Shown one piece after another: positions 1 to 11,660 of a DNA stretch of 64,000 nt (positions are counted from its first letter, which is position 1; each line of letters opens with the position of its first letter). The notes below the pieces were generated by a model. It was not told the origin of the DNA. It made no database searches and worked only from the letters and a program-made list of their open reading frames with translations. Source of the stretch: Podarcis erhardii. Taxonomy: Eukaryota. The position numbers and the translations under genes are program-made. Where the stretch lies: NCBI GenBank assembly GCA_964252035.1, contig OZ176200.1. One strand, 5' to 3'.

Positions 1-304
1 CTCATGGCCGGCAAAGGGATGTCCACGCACCCGCCACCCTTGGGCAGTTGACAGAGAGGGATGCGGTGGGTGCCACCACCACTGCCCACCAAGAAGAGGC
101 AAGAGGCTCTCGCGGCCTCCTCCTTTGCAAATGGGGTGCCCCTTCGAGCCCCCTTCTCCCTCCCCTCGTCTCCCTTGTCTCTGGCTCAGGCTGCTGAGGT
201 TTGGTCTGTGGTGAGGGCTTGGGGCTGGCATGGCCATCCTCCACTCCCCACTCCATCCCGGTGCATGTATACATGCTCCAGGTGCAGAGGACCCACACTA
301 CACC

Positions 305-883
305 ACGTGGACTCTCCTTCATTGGAGGTTCTAAGGCAGAGATTGAATAGCCCTCTGTCACTGATGCTTTAGCTGGGGGTCAGACTAAAGGACTGTCAGG
401 AGCTCGTCCTACTCTCGAGTAGGACCCTGGCAGAGACACATGTCCGACTGGCATGTTCCCTCCCTCCTGGTTGATCATTCGGGAGCTTCAAAAGCTTTCT
501 TCTGCCCGAACATCACAGCGACCGATGCCAACAGACATTGGCACACTTAGGGATCCATAGAGTCTTCGCAGTTTGTGTAACAGACCTCAGCAACTCAGCA
601 TTTTGGCTAATCTACTTTATTTACATATTAACACACATGGAGCACTGCAACATGGCTCCCTCTCTCTCTAGCATCAGACAGCAAAAGAGAATGAACAAAG
701 GTCAATAGTCCCACTTCACGGAACAGTAACACAAACAACCTGCCTCCATCACTTCCCACTTCGTGCAGTCAAAACATACACCGTCATGTGAGAGACAACA
801 ATCCCATGACTGCAATCATGGAGCAGGAATTCTAACATTGACCCCTGGAGTCCCTTCCAGCTCTACAATTCTACGATTCTATT
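305..883 (+). mobile_element. CR1-type LINE 3' end, split by an LTR insertion (305-393 and 838-883)
   Basis: gtggactctccttcattggaggtt...gatgctttagctggggg-cagactaaaggac // ttgacccctggagtcccttccagctctacaattctacgattct. The two halves join into the typical CR1 3' tail. Confidence 0.7.
394..837 (-). mobile_element. Solo LTR (444 bp)
   Basis: TG...CA termini with imperfect terminal inverted repeats (TGTTAGAA / TGTCAGGA). Minus-strand AATAAA inside. Flanked by a degenerate 5-bp duplication aggac/ttgac within the CR1 tail. Confidence 0.65.
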
Positions 884-2159
884 TAATTTGTATGGCATTT
901 AATTAATGTCATATCAAGAAGACTGATATATCAAATCTGCAATTTATTCTCTTTGCCATTCCATATTGGTTCACAGGTGAGTAATAATGCTTAGGAGATG
1001 TATTATCCTTCCCAATTCAAACAGTAGGCACATCACTTTTTACATGAAAGTGCAAGCAACACAAGGCACTCATATAAACGGAAGTCATAACTTAAAACAA
1101 AAAACAAAAACAAATCTGATGGCTTAGTTGGTAACCTACACAACCATTTTAGAGCGGTTCCCTACATGGAGAAGGAAACCATTTGGGTATTTCATGGAGG
1201 TAAGTTAGCTGGATCCCATGTGTCACAAGGCAAATATATTAAACGTGATCACTTTGGGGATATCATGGAGGATACAGAAGAAAACTTCTTCATCCATAGA
1301 TCTACAAAGCTTTACAGGCAGGAGGACATATCTGCGCATTGGAAAACCTCCTAGCCTCTCTCTTGAAAGAAAGCACATCACAAGAAGCTTCTCGTTTTAG
1401 CAGTGAAAAGAAGGAACCAGTACACCAGCACTGTCCTTCCCAGTTCTGCATCCTGTGGGGGTGAGTTGTGAACTTTGCAGTAATTCAGTGTGATCCTGCT
1501 GCCAAATGCTTACATCATAACCTGCATAGGAAAGTGGGAAAAGAGTCCAGGGGGTGGAATTGACTGTTTCACAAGAACCATGGACTGGCTTCTATGGATG
1601 CTCACATGCAAATGTTATGGCATGAATTCTGTTTCCCTAAAGCTGGATCCTTCAGCCTTTGCTCCCCATTTGTTGTTAGACTAAAGCTCTCATCATCCCT
1701 GACCACCACTGGCTAGGCTTCCTGCAGATAGTAAGACTTAGTACGTGGAATTGAAGAAGACTGCTCTAAACCCATGGATAGAAACTCTTTTGCTCTTTGT
1801 GTTGAGGGTTCTCAGGATTCTATACTGTTAAAGTAGTGTAAGAGTCCTTTAAATGCCTGGTGTGGATGTGATCTGATGCCATCCATGTGTACTCTTTGAA
1901 CTGAAGGGCAAGGTATAAATTGAAATTCTTCTGCTACTCATCACCTTTCCATTGCAACACTTCCTACAGAGTAGGAGCTCACATGTGATCCCCAGACAAG
2001 TGAGGGAAAGGAGCCAGAATCTGTGGGTATGAAGAAGAGTTGAGCAGCCCCTTCCCTGCTCCTCCACCCTACAAACAGGGCACTGGGAAATCATTCCCAC
2101 ATTTGCTGCCGAATATCTGTTTCCACCCTCAGCTCAATAACAGTAATCTAGAAGCAATA

Positions 2160-3200
2160 GGATTTTTAAAAGAATTTTTATTTATTTAAACAAGAACATG
2201 TATTCCAACAACACACAAGGATACAGAAATAAAGAAAAGAATTAAAATGTAACTTACACACACAAAGTATAAATTCAGGACATTTAATTCACATTACTTG
2301 GAAAAAAATTATATAATTGGTGTTGNNNNNNNNNNNNNNNNNNNNNNNNNNNNNNNNNNNNNNNNNNNNNNNNNNNNNNNNNNNNNNNNNNNNNNNNNNN
2401 NNNNNNNNNNNNNNNNNNNNNNNNNNNNNNNNNNNNNNNNNNNNNNNNNNNNNNNNNNNNNNNNNNNNNNNNNNNNNNNNNNNNNNNNNTCTTGTGATAG
2501 TCTCACTTAAAGCTGAAATGTTATTAAGAATTCCAAATAGCAGCATATTTCATAGGAGGCATGTGAACATAATTGAAAAGGGATCTTGTTTTGTTTGTCC
2601 TCCTAGTATATCTTAATTATTTTTGAGTTAGTTTTTCAGCTTTCACTATGAACCAGATTTGATTATGCCACAACTCCTTATTGAATCCTTCTACATATTT
2701 CTTTTTTTCTTGCAATAACCATATTGTCAGCTTAAAAGTACAAAATCAATTCTTCATCCAAACCATCATCACTTGGCCCATCCCATACCACCAGTAATGC
2801 TAATGAAGGGATTGGTATCAATTCTTGCTTTGTTATAAAATTGATTTCTAGGAACACCATTTGCCTCTGGGCAAGACTCCCACCATAAGAGAAGGGGAGG
2901 GAGGGGGTTCTTCAATGCTAACATTTCAGGGACAGATTGGGGTTAATGTGTGATAAAATTACCAGTGACTAAATATTACTTTATTCTTGAATCTTCGCTG
3001 AGATTGATTTCATATGCACCTTGTTCCATAGTATTTCCCATTTAATTGGCTCAATAGCATAACACAAATCCTATTCCCAACATTTTTGTAATCCTGTTAC
3101 GTAGCTAACTTTGTCAATATTCTCTAAATTTGGGTGATCTGTCAAAAAAAATGAAACACATTCTTTAGAAATAATTTATATTTAATTTATTTCCTGTTAC
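2160..3200 (-). mobile_element. Degenerate L1-like ORF2 3' fragment with A-rich tail, spanning an assembly gap
   Basis: Minus-strand remnants such as DHPNLENIDKVSYVTGLQKCWE and LLFGILNN. T-rich tail with tttatt near 2180. Boundaries approximate. Confidence 0.4.
2326..2490. other. Assembly gap (165 N)
   Basis: Run of N. Confidence 1.
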
Positions 3201-3563
3201 TCAAATTCTGGATTATAAATATTTAGCAATGAACTGCAGTTTATCTCTAAACTTTGAGGGCTAGAAACTGAAGCATAAAACTGGGGCTCCCATTAAGCTC
3301 TGATAATCAAAGGACTTGTAATCAAAACACAAAGCTGACCATTACAGTTTATTAATGAAATCATTTTTGCCTGGTATGAACACCTGAGTCCTGGCCTTGA
3401 TGTTCTCATTAGTCAGTGGACTTGATGTTCTTCCAGGTAGTATGTTTCCTTTCCTGTTGGAGCCTATTTTTCAATATCAGATACATCCAGGCTCTCTAAT
3501 TAGCACTGGTGCTATCTTATTTTTCATCCTCATTACTCTGTAGAACGGGAGCTAGTCGGTTGG

Positions 3564-4517
3564 ATGTTCCAGGGGAACTGCACTGCAGTGCTGGACTTCA
3601 TGCTGTTGGCTTTTCCCACCCAGCCAGAGTGTCAGATCTTACTTTTCCTGGGCATCAGCGTGATCTATGCAGCCATAATCACAGGTAACATCCTCATTAT
3701 GGTAGCTATCTGGGGCAACCCTCACCTACACACTCCCATGTACTTCTTCCTAGGGAATCTCTCTGTGGTTGAGCTCTGCTACACAGCAGCTGTAGTCCCA
3801 CAGATGCTGCTGACCAGCTTGCAGGAGAGGAAGTCCATCACTTTTAGAAGCTGCTGTGCTCAGATGTTCTTCTTCATTGGACTGGGCAGTGCCGACTGCT
3901 TCTTACTGGCCATCATGGCATACGACCGCTATCTGGCCATTTGCAAACCCTTGTACTATACCCTCATCATGACGCAGCAGCTGTGCATTCAGCTAGTGGC
4001 TGCCTCCCTGCTGATTGGTTTCTTGATTTCATTCATGCTGGTGTGGTTGGTCTTCCACCTCCCCTTCTGTGGCGAGCATGGAATTGAACACTTCTTCTGC
4101 GATGTGCCACCTGTATCACAGCTCACCAGTAACAAGACCAAGCTCGATGAGGTTGGTGTGTTCCTCACTGGGATTACAGCCATTGCTGTACCCTTCATAT
4201 TGATCTGCGCCTCTTACCTTTTCATCGCTGTTACAGTGCTGCGGATCCATTCTGCAGACAGTCGCCGAAAAACCATCTCCACTTGCTCCTCCCACTTAGC
4301 TGTAGTGGCCCTGCAGTACGGTTGCTGCAGCTTCATGTACCTGCGTCCAAGCTCCAGCTTTTCTCCAAAGCAGGACCAGATGCTATCAATGGTGTACACT
4401 CTGGGTACACCGCTACTTAACCCCATCATATACAGCCTGAGGAACAGAGAGATGAAAGTAGCCCTGAGGAAAGTCATCAGACACCAAATCTTCCAAAGGG
4501 AATCTGAATGTCACTAA
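3564..4517 (+). CDS. OR10W1: Olfactory receptor, family 10, OR10W1-like, intact 317 aa
   Basis: Single-exon 7TM with OR motifs GN, LHTPMYFFL, MAYDRYLAIC, STCSSHL and PLLNPIIYSLRN. Shares recalled OR10W1-specific strings IITGNILI, LGSADCFLLA, GIEHFFCDVPPV, AIAVPF, QYGCC, PKQD and VYTLGTPLLNP. Splice acceptor ctgtAG at 3542-3543. Confidence 0.85.
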   Translation: MFQGNCTAVLDFMLLAFPTQPECQILLFLGISVIYAAIITGNILIMVAIWGNPHLHTPMYFFLGNLSVVELCYTAAVVPQMLLTSLQERKSITFRSCCAQMFFFIGLGSADCFLLAIMAYDRYLAICKPLYYTLIMTQQLCIQLVAASLLIGFLISFMLVWLVFHLPFCGEHGIEHFFCDVPPVSQLTSNKTKLDEVGVFLTGITAIAVPFILICASYLFIAVTVLRIHSADSRRKTISTCSSHLAVVALQYGCCSFMYLRPSSSFSPKQDQMLSMVYTLGTPLLNPIIYSLRNREMKVALRKVIRHQIFQRESECH

Positions 4518-5097
4518 ACTTCATGCATTGTGGGCTGGTGGTCACAAGTATGCTTGACCTCTTTCATGGAGAAATCACTTCTAGGCCCCAGAGGAGGACC
4601 AACATGTGTTATCTCAGCCAGCCCAAGCAGCTTCTTGGTAACTTAGAGCAATATCTTGATGGGTGCTTCCAGACAGAGGCTTAATGATGCAAATGGACCA
4701 TTCAGATATTGCAAATAGGTCGTTGGCAATTGTCTGTTGTTGTTGTTGTTTTAACTTCTCAGATTTCCCCCCAAAAAGGAGTAAATCTGAATTAAAGGGC
4801 ACTTTGGTGCTGATAATGTAATGTGATCTCTACAAAACACTTTACATGCATGAGCTGTACCCAACCCACAGTTAACACCCATCTGTGTGCTCTCAAGATA
4901 GAACTATACTATGATGAATTTTGTATGCTGGACTAAAAAGGTCTTCAGTCAGATCTAGCAGAACTCAACTTGAATTCAATTAGAAACAAAGAGGCTTTTC
5001 TTCTGTGAACATGATTTTGGGGAACAGGGTTATCTGTGTGGGTTGCCCCAAGGCAGTAACTGAAAGAGTGTTGAAACCCCACGACACTGCTGTATCC

Positions 5098-5098
5098 C

Positions 5099-5137
<39 letters not shown>

Positions 5138-5339
5138 TTATTTCTACCCCACCCATTTGGCTGGGTTTCCCCAGCCCCTCTGAGCAGCTTTCAACGAAAT
5201 ATTAAAAACAGAATAAAACTTCAACATTAAAAACTTCCCTAAACAGGGCTGCCTTCAGCTGTCTTCTAAAAGTCAGATAGATGGGAGGGTGTTCCACAGG
5301 GCAGGCGCCACTACCAGGAAGGCCCTCTGCCTGGTTCTA
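5098..5339 (-). mobile_element. L2-clade LINE 3' end with (TTG)n tail
   Basis: Matches the 3' end of the 7888-8772 element (ctgggtttccccagcc...aacagggctgccttcag...gttccacagggc). (CAA)n at 5098-5136. Confidence 0.8.
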
Positions 5340-5719
5340 AGAAACCTAGAAGATGGTCAGAAGGGGCGACTACAGTATCCCCCTTCTAGCCAGAGGGCAA
5401 AGCACTTCTGTGTGTGAAAAGAACAATAGACTGCAGCTGAGACAAAGAGCTTGGTTGGGGACTCTGTAAGTGTATAAAGATCTGAGGGCATTGGCTGTCT
5501 TTCCTGGAGATCTGCAAGGTTCAGTTCTCTGTCAGAGTGTTTAATCTGTCTGGTTCCACCTGTGCTCAACATGTATATTTGTAACTAAACACAAATATTA
5601 CAAAATGTCAAATAAGCTTTCAGTGGCCCCCTTCCCAAGTAAACCAAACCCAGATAAAATCTGAACCTTTAGTACTACTCATTGTTCAGGGAAATGGAGT
5701 GAACATAACAATCTGTCAT

Positions 5720-5860
5720 GGGATAGCTCAGTCAGTGGAGCATGATACTCTTAATCTCAGGGTCGTGGATTTGACCCCCATGTTGGGTGAAAGATTCCTA
5801 CATTTCATGGGGTTGGGCTAGATTATCCTTGTGGTCCCTTCCAACTCTATGATTCTATGA
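5720..5860 (+). mobile_element. tRNA-derived SINE with CR1-like tail
   Basis: ggatagctcagtcagtggagcat head with A/B-box-like motifs. Tail ggtcccttccaactctatgattctatga. Confidence 0.75.
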
Positions 5861-7887
5861 AAGACACAAAGTTCCCCATTCTGTATTTTCCTCATAAGGC
5901 AAGCACATCATTTTTGTTGGTTCAAGAGGGGGAAAAGTAGTATAAAAAATGAGAATTCCTTGATTCTAAGATCCAAGTTTGGGGCATGACTAACTGGCAC
6001 CTCTGTGTCACTTATAGTGTCTTGTTTGCCCCTTAGGCAAAGCTCTCTCACTAGGCTACTCTCAGCTGAAAATAAAATTGTGTATTTGTGAGTCCTGTGG
6101 AGCCCATGGGATACGGTAGGAAACAAATAGTTATGAATTAGAAGTTATTTAAATTGCTCCCATCAGCAATAGCTTTCTATAGTGAAGATGATCTAGGTCG
6201 AAGTGATACGTTTAAGTCAAGAAAACAGTATTAAAGAATTCCCAGGAGCAGCTAAGATTAAAAAAACAAAACTATTTGTAGTTCTTTGTCATTATCTTCC
6301 TTCACTCCCTATTCACTGCAAAAAGTGTTAATTTAGGTGGAAGGCATGTTGATGTGCAAAAGTGGTCTGGGACCACTGGTGAAAAGAAGGATCACATCAG
6401 GAGCAGAGCACCAACAACATATTTCATCCATATTTACACAGATCCAAAAACATCCTGGGAGTTCTGGCAAAATGTGTGATTTCTTCCACTATGGAATTAA
6501 TATTGAGCTCTGCTGGTGAAGTCAAGCATAGAAGGCAGAGGACAGACTTGTACATTGTGGAAATAGCAGGCGACCTCTGCAGCAAGGGTAGAAGCAATAG
6601 CCTTTTCCAACTGGCGGCATGACATTTCTTGGGAAGAGATTGGCACTGCAGCTCAACCCGTGCTTAGCAGCACTTCCAACATAACACTTCAGAGATAAGC
6701 CTCTGAAGACCCATGTCTTACATTGTGTACAAGTGTTACTTAGGAATGGTTATATCTCCATCTGTCTCATTGCAAAGAAAAATAAAAAAGGAACTCATAT
6801 AACCTGTGGTTGGTTTCTGAATTCACCTCTGCAGTGATACCAATGTAGATATTGTTTTTAAGTGACACTTTCATACATAACACATATTTAAAGTAATATA
6901 AGAAGCCTCTATGAGTGTACTTGGGGAAAACAGAACATATTTCTCTCAAAAGAAAGCACTCCCTGACCAGGGACTTGGCCTTTCTTCTCCTAGGAAATAA
7001 GCACTGGGAGAAAGACAAGACGCAAGAATCACAGAGGATTGGGCCCAAGGGGCACATGCTGAAGTAAGAATAATAAGATGAGATAATAACAGCTATTCTT
7101 TTAAAATTACAATAATCTCTATGCAAAGGTCTAACTTGTTGAGAAATAGAGGGCTAGAATGGTGCTATAGGGTGCACCATATAACTTCAAAAGAAGTCCT
7201 TGAATATTTTCATCTTGAAGTTCAGAGCGGGTAACATTAGCACAAGGGGAGGTGATATATATAATAAAGTGTTCAGGAAACCTAGGGGTGACAAAAATGT
7301 AGGTGTCTGTATAGCAACGGTGCATTGATGATAAAAGATGTCTTGAATGCAACTGTCTTACCTGTGCCAGGCCAGAATGGTTTACCTGCTAAGCTACTCA
7401 TGGACACCAATTGTGAAAGTTTCTCTTCAAACTTCCACCTGTTCTGTTTTCATAAATGCCAGCTGCATGCCTATCTCAATCTCAAGCTTTGCTCAAGATA
7501 GAGGTGACTTCACTGTCCAGGAGCATAATCTGGTGCTCTCATGAGCTTCTACTACTATTAGATATTTTGCCCCAACATATGACATTTTACACACATCCTT
7601 TCCTATGTCACTTATTTATTTTCTTGTATACTTAATTTTCGTTTTCGCTTTCCTAAATAAATTTTACTTTCAGCTTTTCCCTTCATTATTACTGAATCTC
7701 ATGGCAACCTTTCTACCTTCTATGTACACATCTAGGAATGAGCGACAAGTTCAATTCAGTTAACATTTAAAGGTGAAGCTATGTCATCTGCGTGCTCCAA
7801 AAACCATACAAGAACCAAAACACCCTTCAAAATTCAAATATCTCTGAATTTTGCAGTGCAGTTCCCCAGCCAAATAATGTGTCCCAA

Positions 7888-7926
<39 letters not shown>

Positions 7927-8772
7927 TTATTATTTATACCCCGCCCATCTGGCTGAGTTTCCCCAGCCACTCTGGGCGGCTCCCAATCAGTATTAAAAAC
8001 AATACAGCATTACATATTAAAAACATCCCTGAACAGGGCTGCCTTAAGATGTCTTCTGAACGTCAGGTAATTCTTTATCTCTTTGACATCTGATGGGAGG
8101 GCGTTCCACAGGGCGGGCGCCACTACCGAGAAGGCCCTCTGTCTGGTTCCCTGTAGCCTCACTTCTCGCAATGAGGGAACCGCCAGAAGGCCCTCGGCGC
8201 TGGATCTCAGTGTCCGGGCTGAACGATGGGGGTGGAGATGCTCCTTCAGGTATACAGGACCGAGGCCGTTTAGGGCTTTAAAGGTCAGCACCAACACTTT
8301 GAATCGTGCTCGGAAACGTACTGGGAGCCAATGCAGATCTCTCAGAACCGGTGTTATGTGGTCCCGGCGGCCACTCCCAGCCACCAGTCTAGCTGCCGCA
8401 TTCTGGATTAATTGCAGTTTCCGGGTCACCTTCAAAGGTAGCCCCACGTAGAGCACATTGCAGTAGTCCAAGCGTGAGATAACTAGAGCATGCACCACTC
8501 TGGCGAGACAGTCCGCGGGGAGGTAGGGTCTTAGCCTGCGTACCAGGTGGAGCTGGTAGACAGCTGCCCTGGACACAGAGTTAATCTGCGCCTCCATGGA
8601 CAGCTGTGAGTCCAAAATGACTCCCAGGCTGCGCACCTGGTCCTTCAGGGGCACAGTTACCCCATTCAGGACCAGGGAATCCTCCACACCTGCCCGCCTC
8701 CTGTCCCCCAAAAACAGTACTTCTGTCTTGTCAGGATTCAACCTCAATCTGTTAGCCGCCATCCAACCTCCA
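7888..8772 (-). mobile_element. L2-clade LINE, 5'-truncated, with open ORF2 C-terminus and (ATT)n tail
   Basis: ORF 8010-8834: [62 protein letters not shown], typical of the L2/CR1 post-RT region. (AAT)n tail near 7888-7925. Confidence 0.9.
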
Positions 8773-9380
8773 AATGCATAGACTGGGATAGAATGTCCAC
8801 AAAACAGACATATTTTGTTGAAAATAACATACAAGAATGCATTATTTTAGGCCTTGCAAAAATGTGCTTGTTCAGCCAAATTTAATATGAACAGATGTGT
8901 ATTAGGAGAAGGTTGCGCAAAGATGCTGTTGAATTTTCATGAGGACTTTACAAACACATAGGAATAGGGTGGTCAACTGAACTGCATGGTTACATCCAGT
9001 GCCACTTCAATCAAGTCTGAATTGAGAAAACCAGCTGTGAAGGATATATAGTATTCCACTCACTAATATAATGAGCACCAAGGGAAAGCTGGGCCTGGCA
9101 TGAATACAGGAACACCACTACTTACATGCATTCCACTCACGTTCCACTGCATTTATGTGAGTTGCTGCGAAATAAATAAATTGGCCTTACCTCAGGATTG
9201 CTGCCCAAGCAAGGGAAGGCAGCCTTTGATTGACCAGTGACACGGGCCAGGAGGTGCCTTCTCCCTGCCTCCACCACACGTTTGCGCCCCCATCCTGGCA
9301 CCAGTTCTGCTGGGTGCCCTTCTTGGCTTCCGCCCTCTGGGCCCAGCCACCACCACCATGTGCACTGGCTGCCCTCAGGT

Positions 9381-9411
<31 letters not shown>
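9381..9411. repeat. (GCAG)n tetranucleotide repeat
   Basis: aggcaggcaggcag... read directly. Confidence 0.9.
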
Positions 9412-9620
9412 CTCAGGACAGGACAGTCAGCATCCCCAAGCAATTTCCGGGGTTTGTGTCAGGCTTCAGGGAATTGGCTTCCTCCCCCGTGGCAGTAGAT
9501 AGGCAGAACAAAGGAAAAGGAGTCTTCTTACCAGTTAGAAACTTTAATAATCCCAGCAAGAGAACAAAGAACACATCTCCTAGACATGGTGGTGCTCCCA
9601 ATTAAGGATCCCATCCCCTT

Positions 9621-9969
9621 AGGTAAAGGGACCCCTGACCATTAGGTCCAGTCGTGGCCGACTCTGGGGTTGCGGCGCTCATCTCGCTTTATTGGCCGAG
9701 GGAGCTGGCGTACAGCTTCCGGGTCATGTGGCCAGCATGACTAAGCCGCTTCTGGCGGACCAGAGCAGTGCACGGAAACGGTGTTTACCTTCCTGCCGGA
9801 GCAGTACCTATTTATCTACTTGCACTTTGACGTGCTTTCGAACTGCTAGGTTGGCAGGAGCTGGAACCAAGCAACAGGAGCTCACCCCGTCGCGGGGATT
9901 CAAACCGCTGACTTTCTGATCGGCAAGTCCTAGGCTCTGTGGTTTAACCCACAGGGCCACCCGCGTCCC
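9621..9969 (-). mobile_element. Sauria SINE
   Basis: Minus-strand head gggacgcggg..., body acctatttatctacttgcac, tail tacct. Similar to the copies at 29151 and 34803. Confidence 0.9.
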
Positions 9970-11436
9970 CTTACGTCCCTATTAATGTACCTCATTTCTA
10001 TGTCTTGCAATCGGAGCTTGTACCCTCTGTGCTTTGTGTGCTTTCTGTTCTGCCACTTTCTGAGCTCTTCTTGACCTTGGGGAGGGTGGAGGAATGCTTT
10101 CCAGAGACAGTGAATCTGTTAAGCCTCTCTCTTCCAGTGTTTCTTCTCCGAGCTGTTCCCCATCCAGTATTTCCCAGCTTCTGCCTTCTGGACTATGTCC
10201 CTCTGCAAACCACTGTTCCCTGACAGTCTCTCTCTCTATTCCCCATGTGCCCCCAAACCAGTCCATTATTACTATCCTAGTGCTAAAGATATACCCCAAT
10301 GCTAATGACATATTTAAATCAATACATTTTATAATTTGATGGTGTGGTAAGAATTTACTTCTACACCACCTTGTTCTTACCTAGGTGAGGGAATGCCTTT
10401 ATATAAGACACAGAACCAACAGAATAACAACCATCTCAGCATCCTGGAGGAACCTGGTTTACTAGAGCTATTGCAGTAGGACACCCTTGCCAATCAGCTA
10501 CTCAGCTGCTAGTTAGAAGGGCGAGCTGTGATTTCCTTTTCTCCTTTTCAGATCCTGATGGCCATCTGTGATTATTATAAAACACAACCAGGTATAAATA
10601 GCAGCCTTGTACCCGCATTGCTTGGGAATTCTAGGAAAATAAAAAATTAGTGCAGATCTGCCATCTTGATTTTTTTTAAAAAAAGGCACCCAGTTGTATC
10701 CAAGCATAAGCAAAAGCCTGCTCCTTAATCTCATGAACTGTGAAGCAAACTTTTGTTAAAATCACTGCAGTTTTTAAAGGTGTGGTCTGCCATCTTGATT
10801 CAAAATGGCACCCAGTTGTATCCAAACCTGCTCCTTGATCTCAGGAACCATCATGCAAAAGTTGTCTTTGATATCTTAAGAGGTATTCAAATGCAGAGCA
10901 AACAAACAGTTTTCCAAATATATAGTAAATAGAGGAAGTTTGACTCAAAGTTATAATTTGTTTGGGAGGGGGATATATAGATATATAATTAGTTTAATTA
11001 TAGACTTTTCATTGATTATGCTATGCCCCAAAGAGGTAAGTTTGATGTTTTGGAAGAAGTTGCTTTCGTAAAGAAGCACAGAAGAAATACAATATCCTGG
11101 AGACATATATGTACTATATGTCATGACTGTGTTCACTGCACACTTTGAACACAGGAATCAAGGGTAATGTACCAAGAAGGACACACATAGCGCAACAAAG
11201 AAGTTAATTGAATTCACTATCCAGAGACTGGGTATTTCCTCTCTGTGTGCCTTCTTGTGGAAAGCTCAGCTATTATCTTCAAGGAAGGCCAGTGCGCTCA
11301 GCTTTTATGAAGCTTCTCAGTGGACCGATGATCAACAAGTGAGAGAGGATTTGCTCACCTTGTGCAGCACAGACCTGACCTCCATGTGGAACACTTTCTC
11401 CCAGTGCTGATCCTATACACTGCCATCCACTGGAAA

Positions 11437-11660
11437 ATGAATACCATAGGCTTCCTTGCACTTGCTTTTACTGTTCTGCTCTGGGAAGCTTCTTCAGTAA
11501 ACAACAAATGGCTTAAAGGCCACCCCCAGATGTCTGCTGCCATGCCAGATTTCTCAGTTCAAGGAGATGTGGTAATTGGGGTAGTCTCCCCTGCCCATGC
11601 AAGTGTGCACGCCACAATAACACATCTCAAAAGTCTGCCACAAGCAGCTAGCTGCAAGGG
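11437..11660 (+). CDS. V2R-like exon 1 (MNTIGFLALAF...SCKG)
   Basis: Hydrophobic signal peptide, GDVVIG motif, donor GG|gtaagt. Confidence 0.85.

Noticed and set aside
1-372. Overlapping ORFs 2-361 (-) and 61-372 (+)
   Set aside because: GC-rich low-complexity sequence ending in a CR1 tail, with no recognisable domain.
5720-5790. tRNA genes (also near 12343, 15100, 32317, 58935 and 59585)
   Set aside because: These are degenerate tRNA-like heads fused to SINE bodies or tails, with no complete cloverleaf or terminator.
7888-7925. CRISPR-like or other regularly spaced arrays
   Set aside because: Only microsatellites and TE subrepeats were seen. There is no repeat-spacer architecture and the DNA is eukaryotic.
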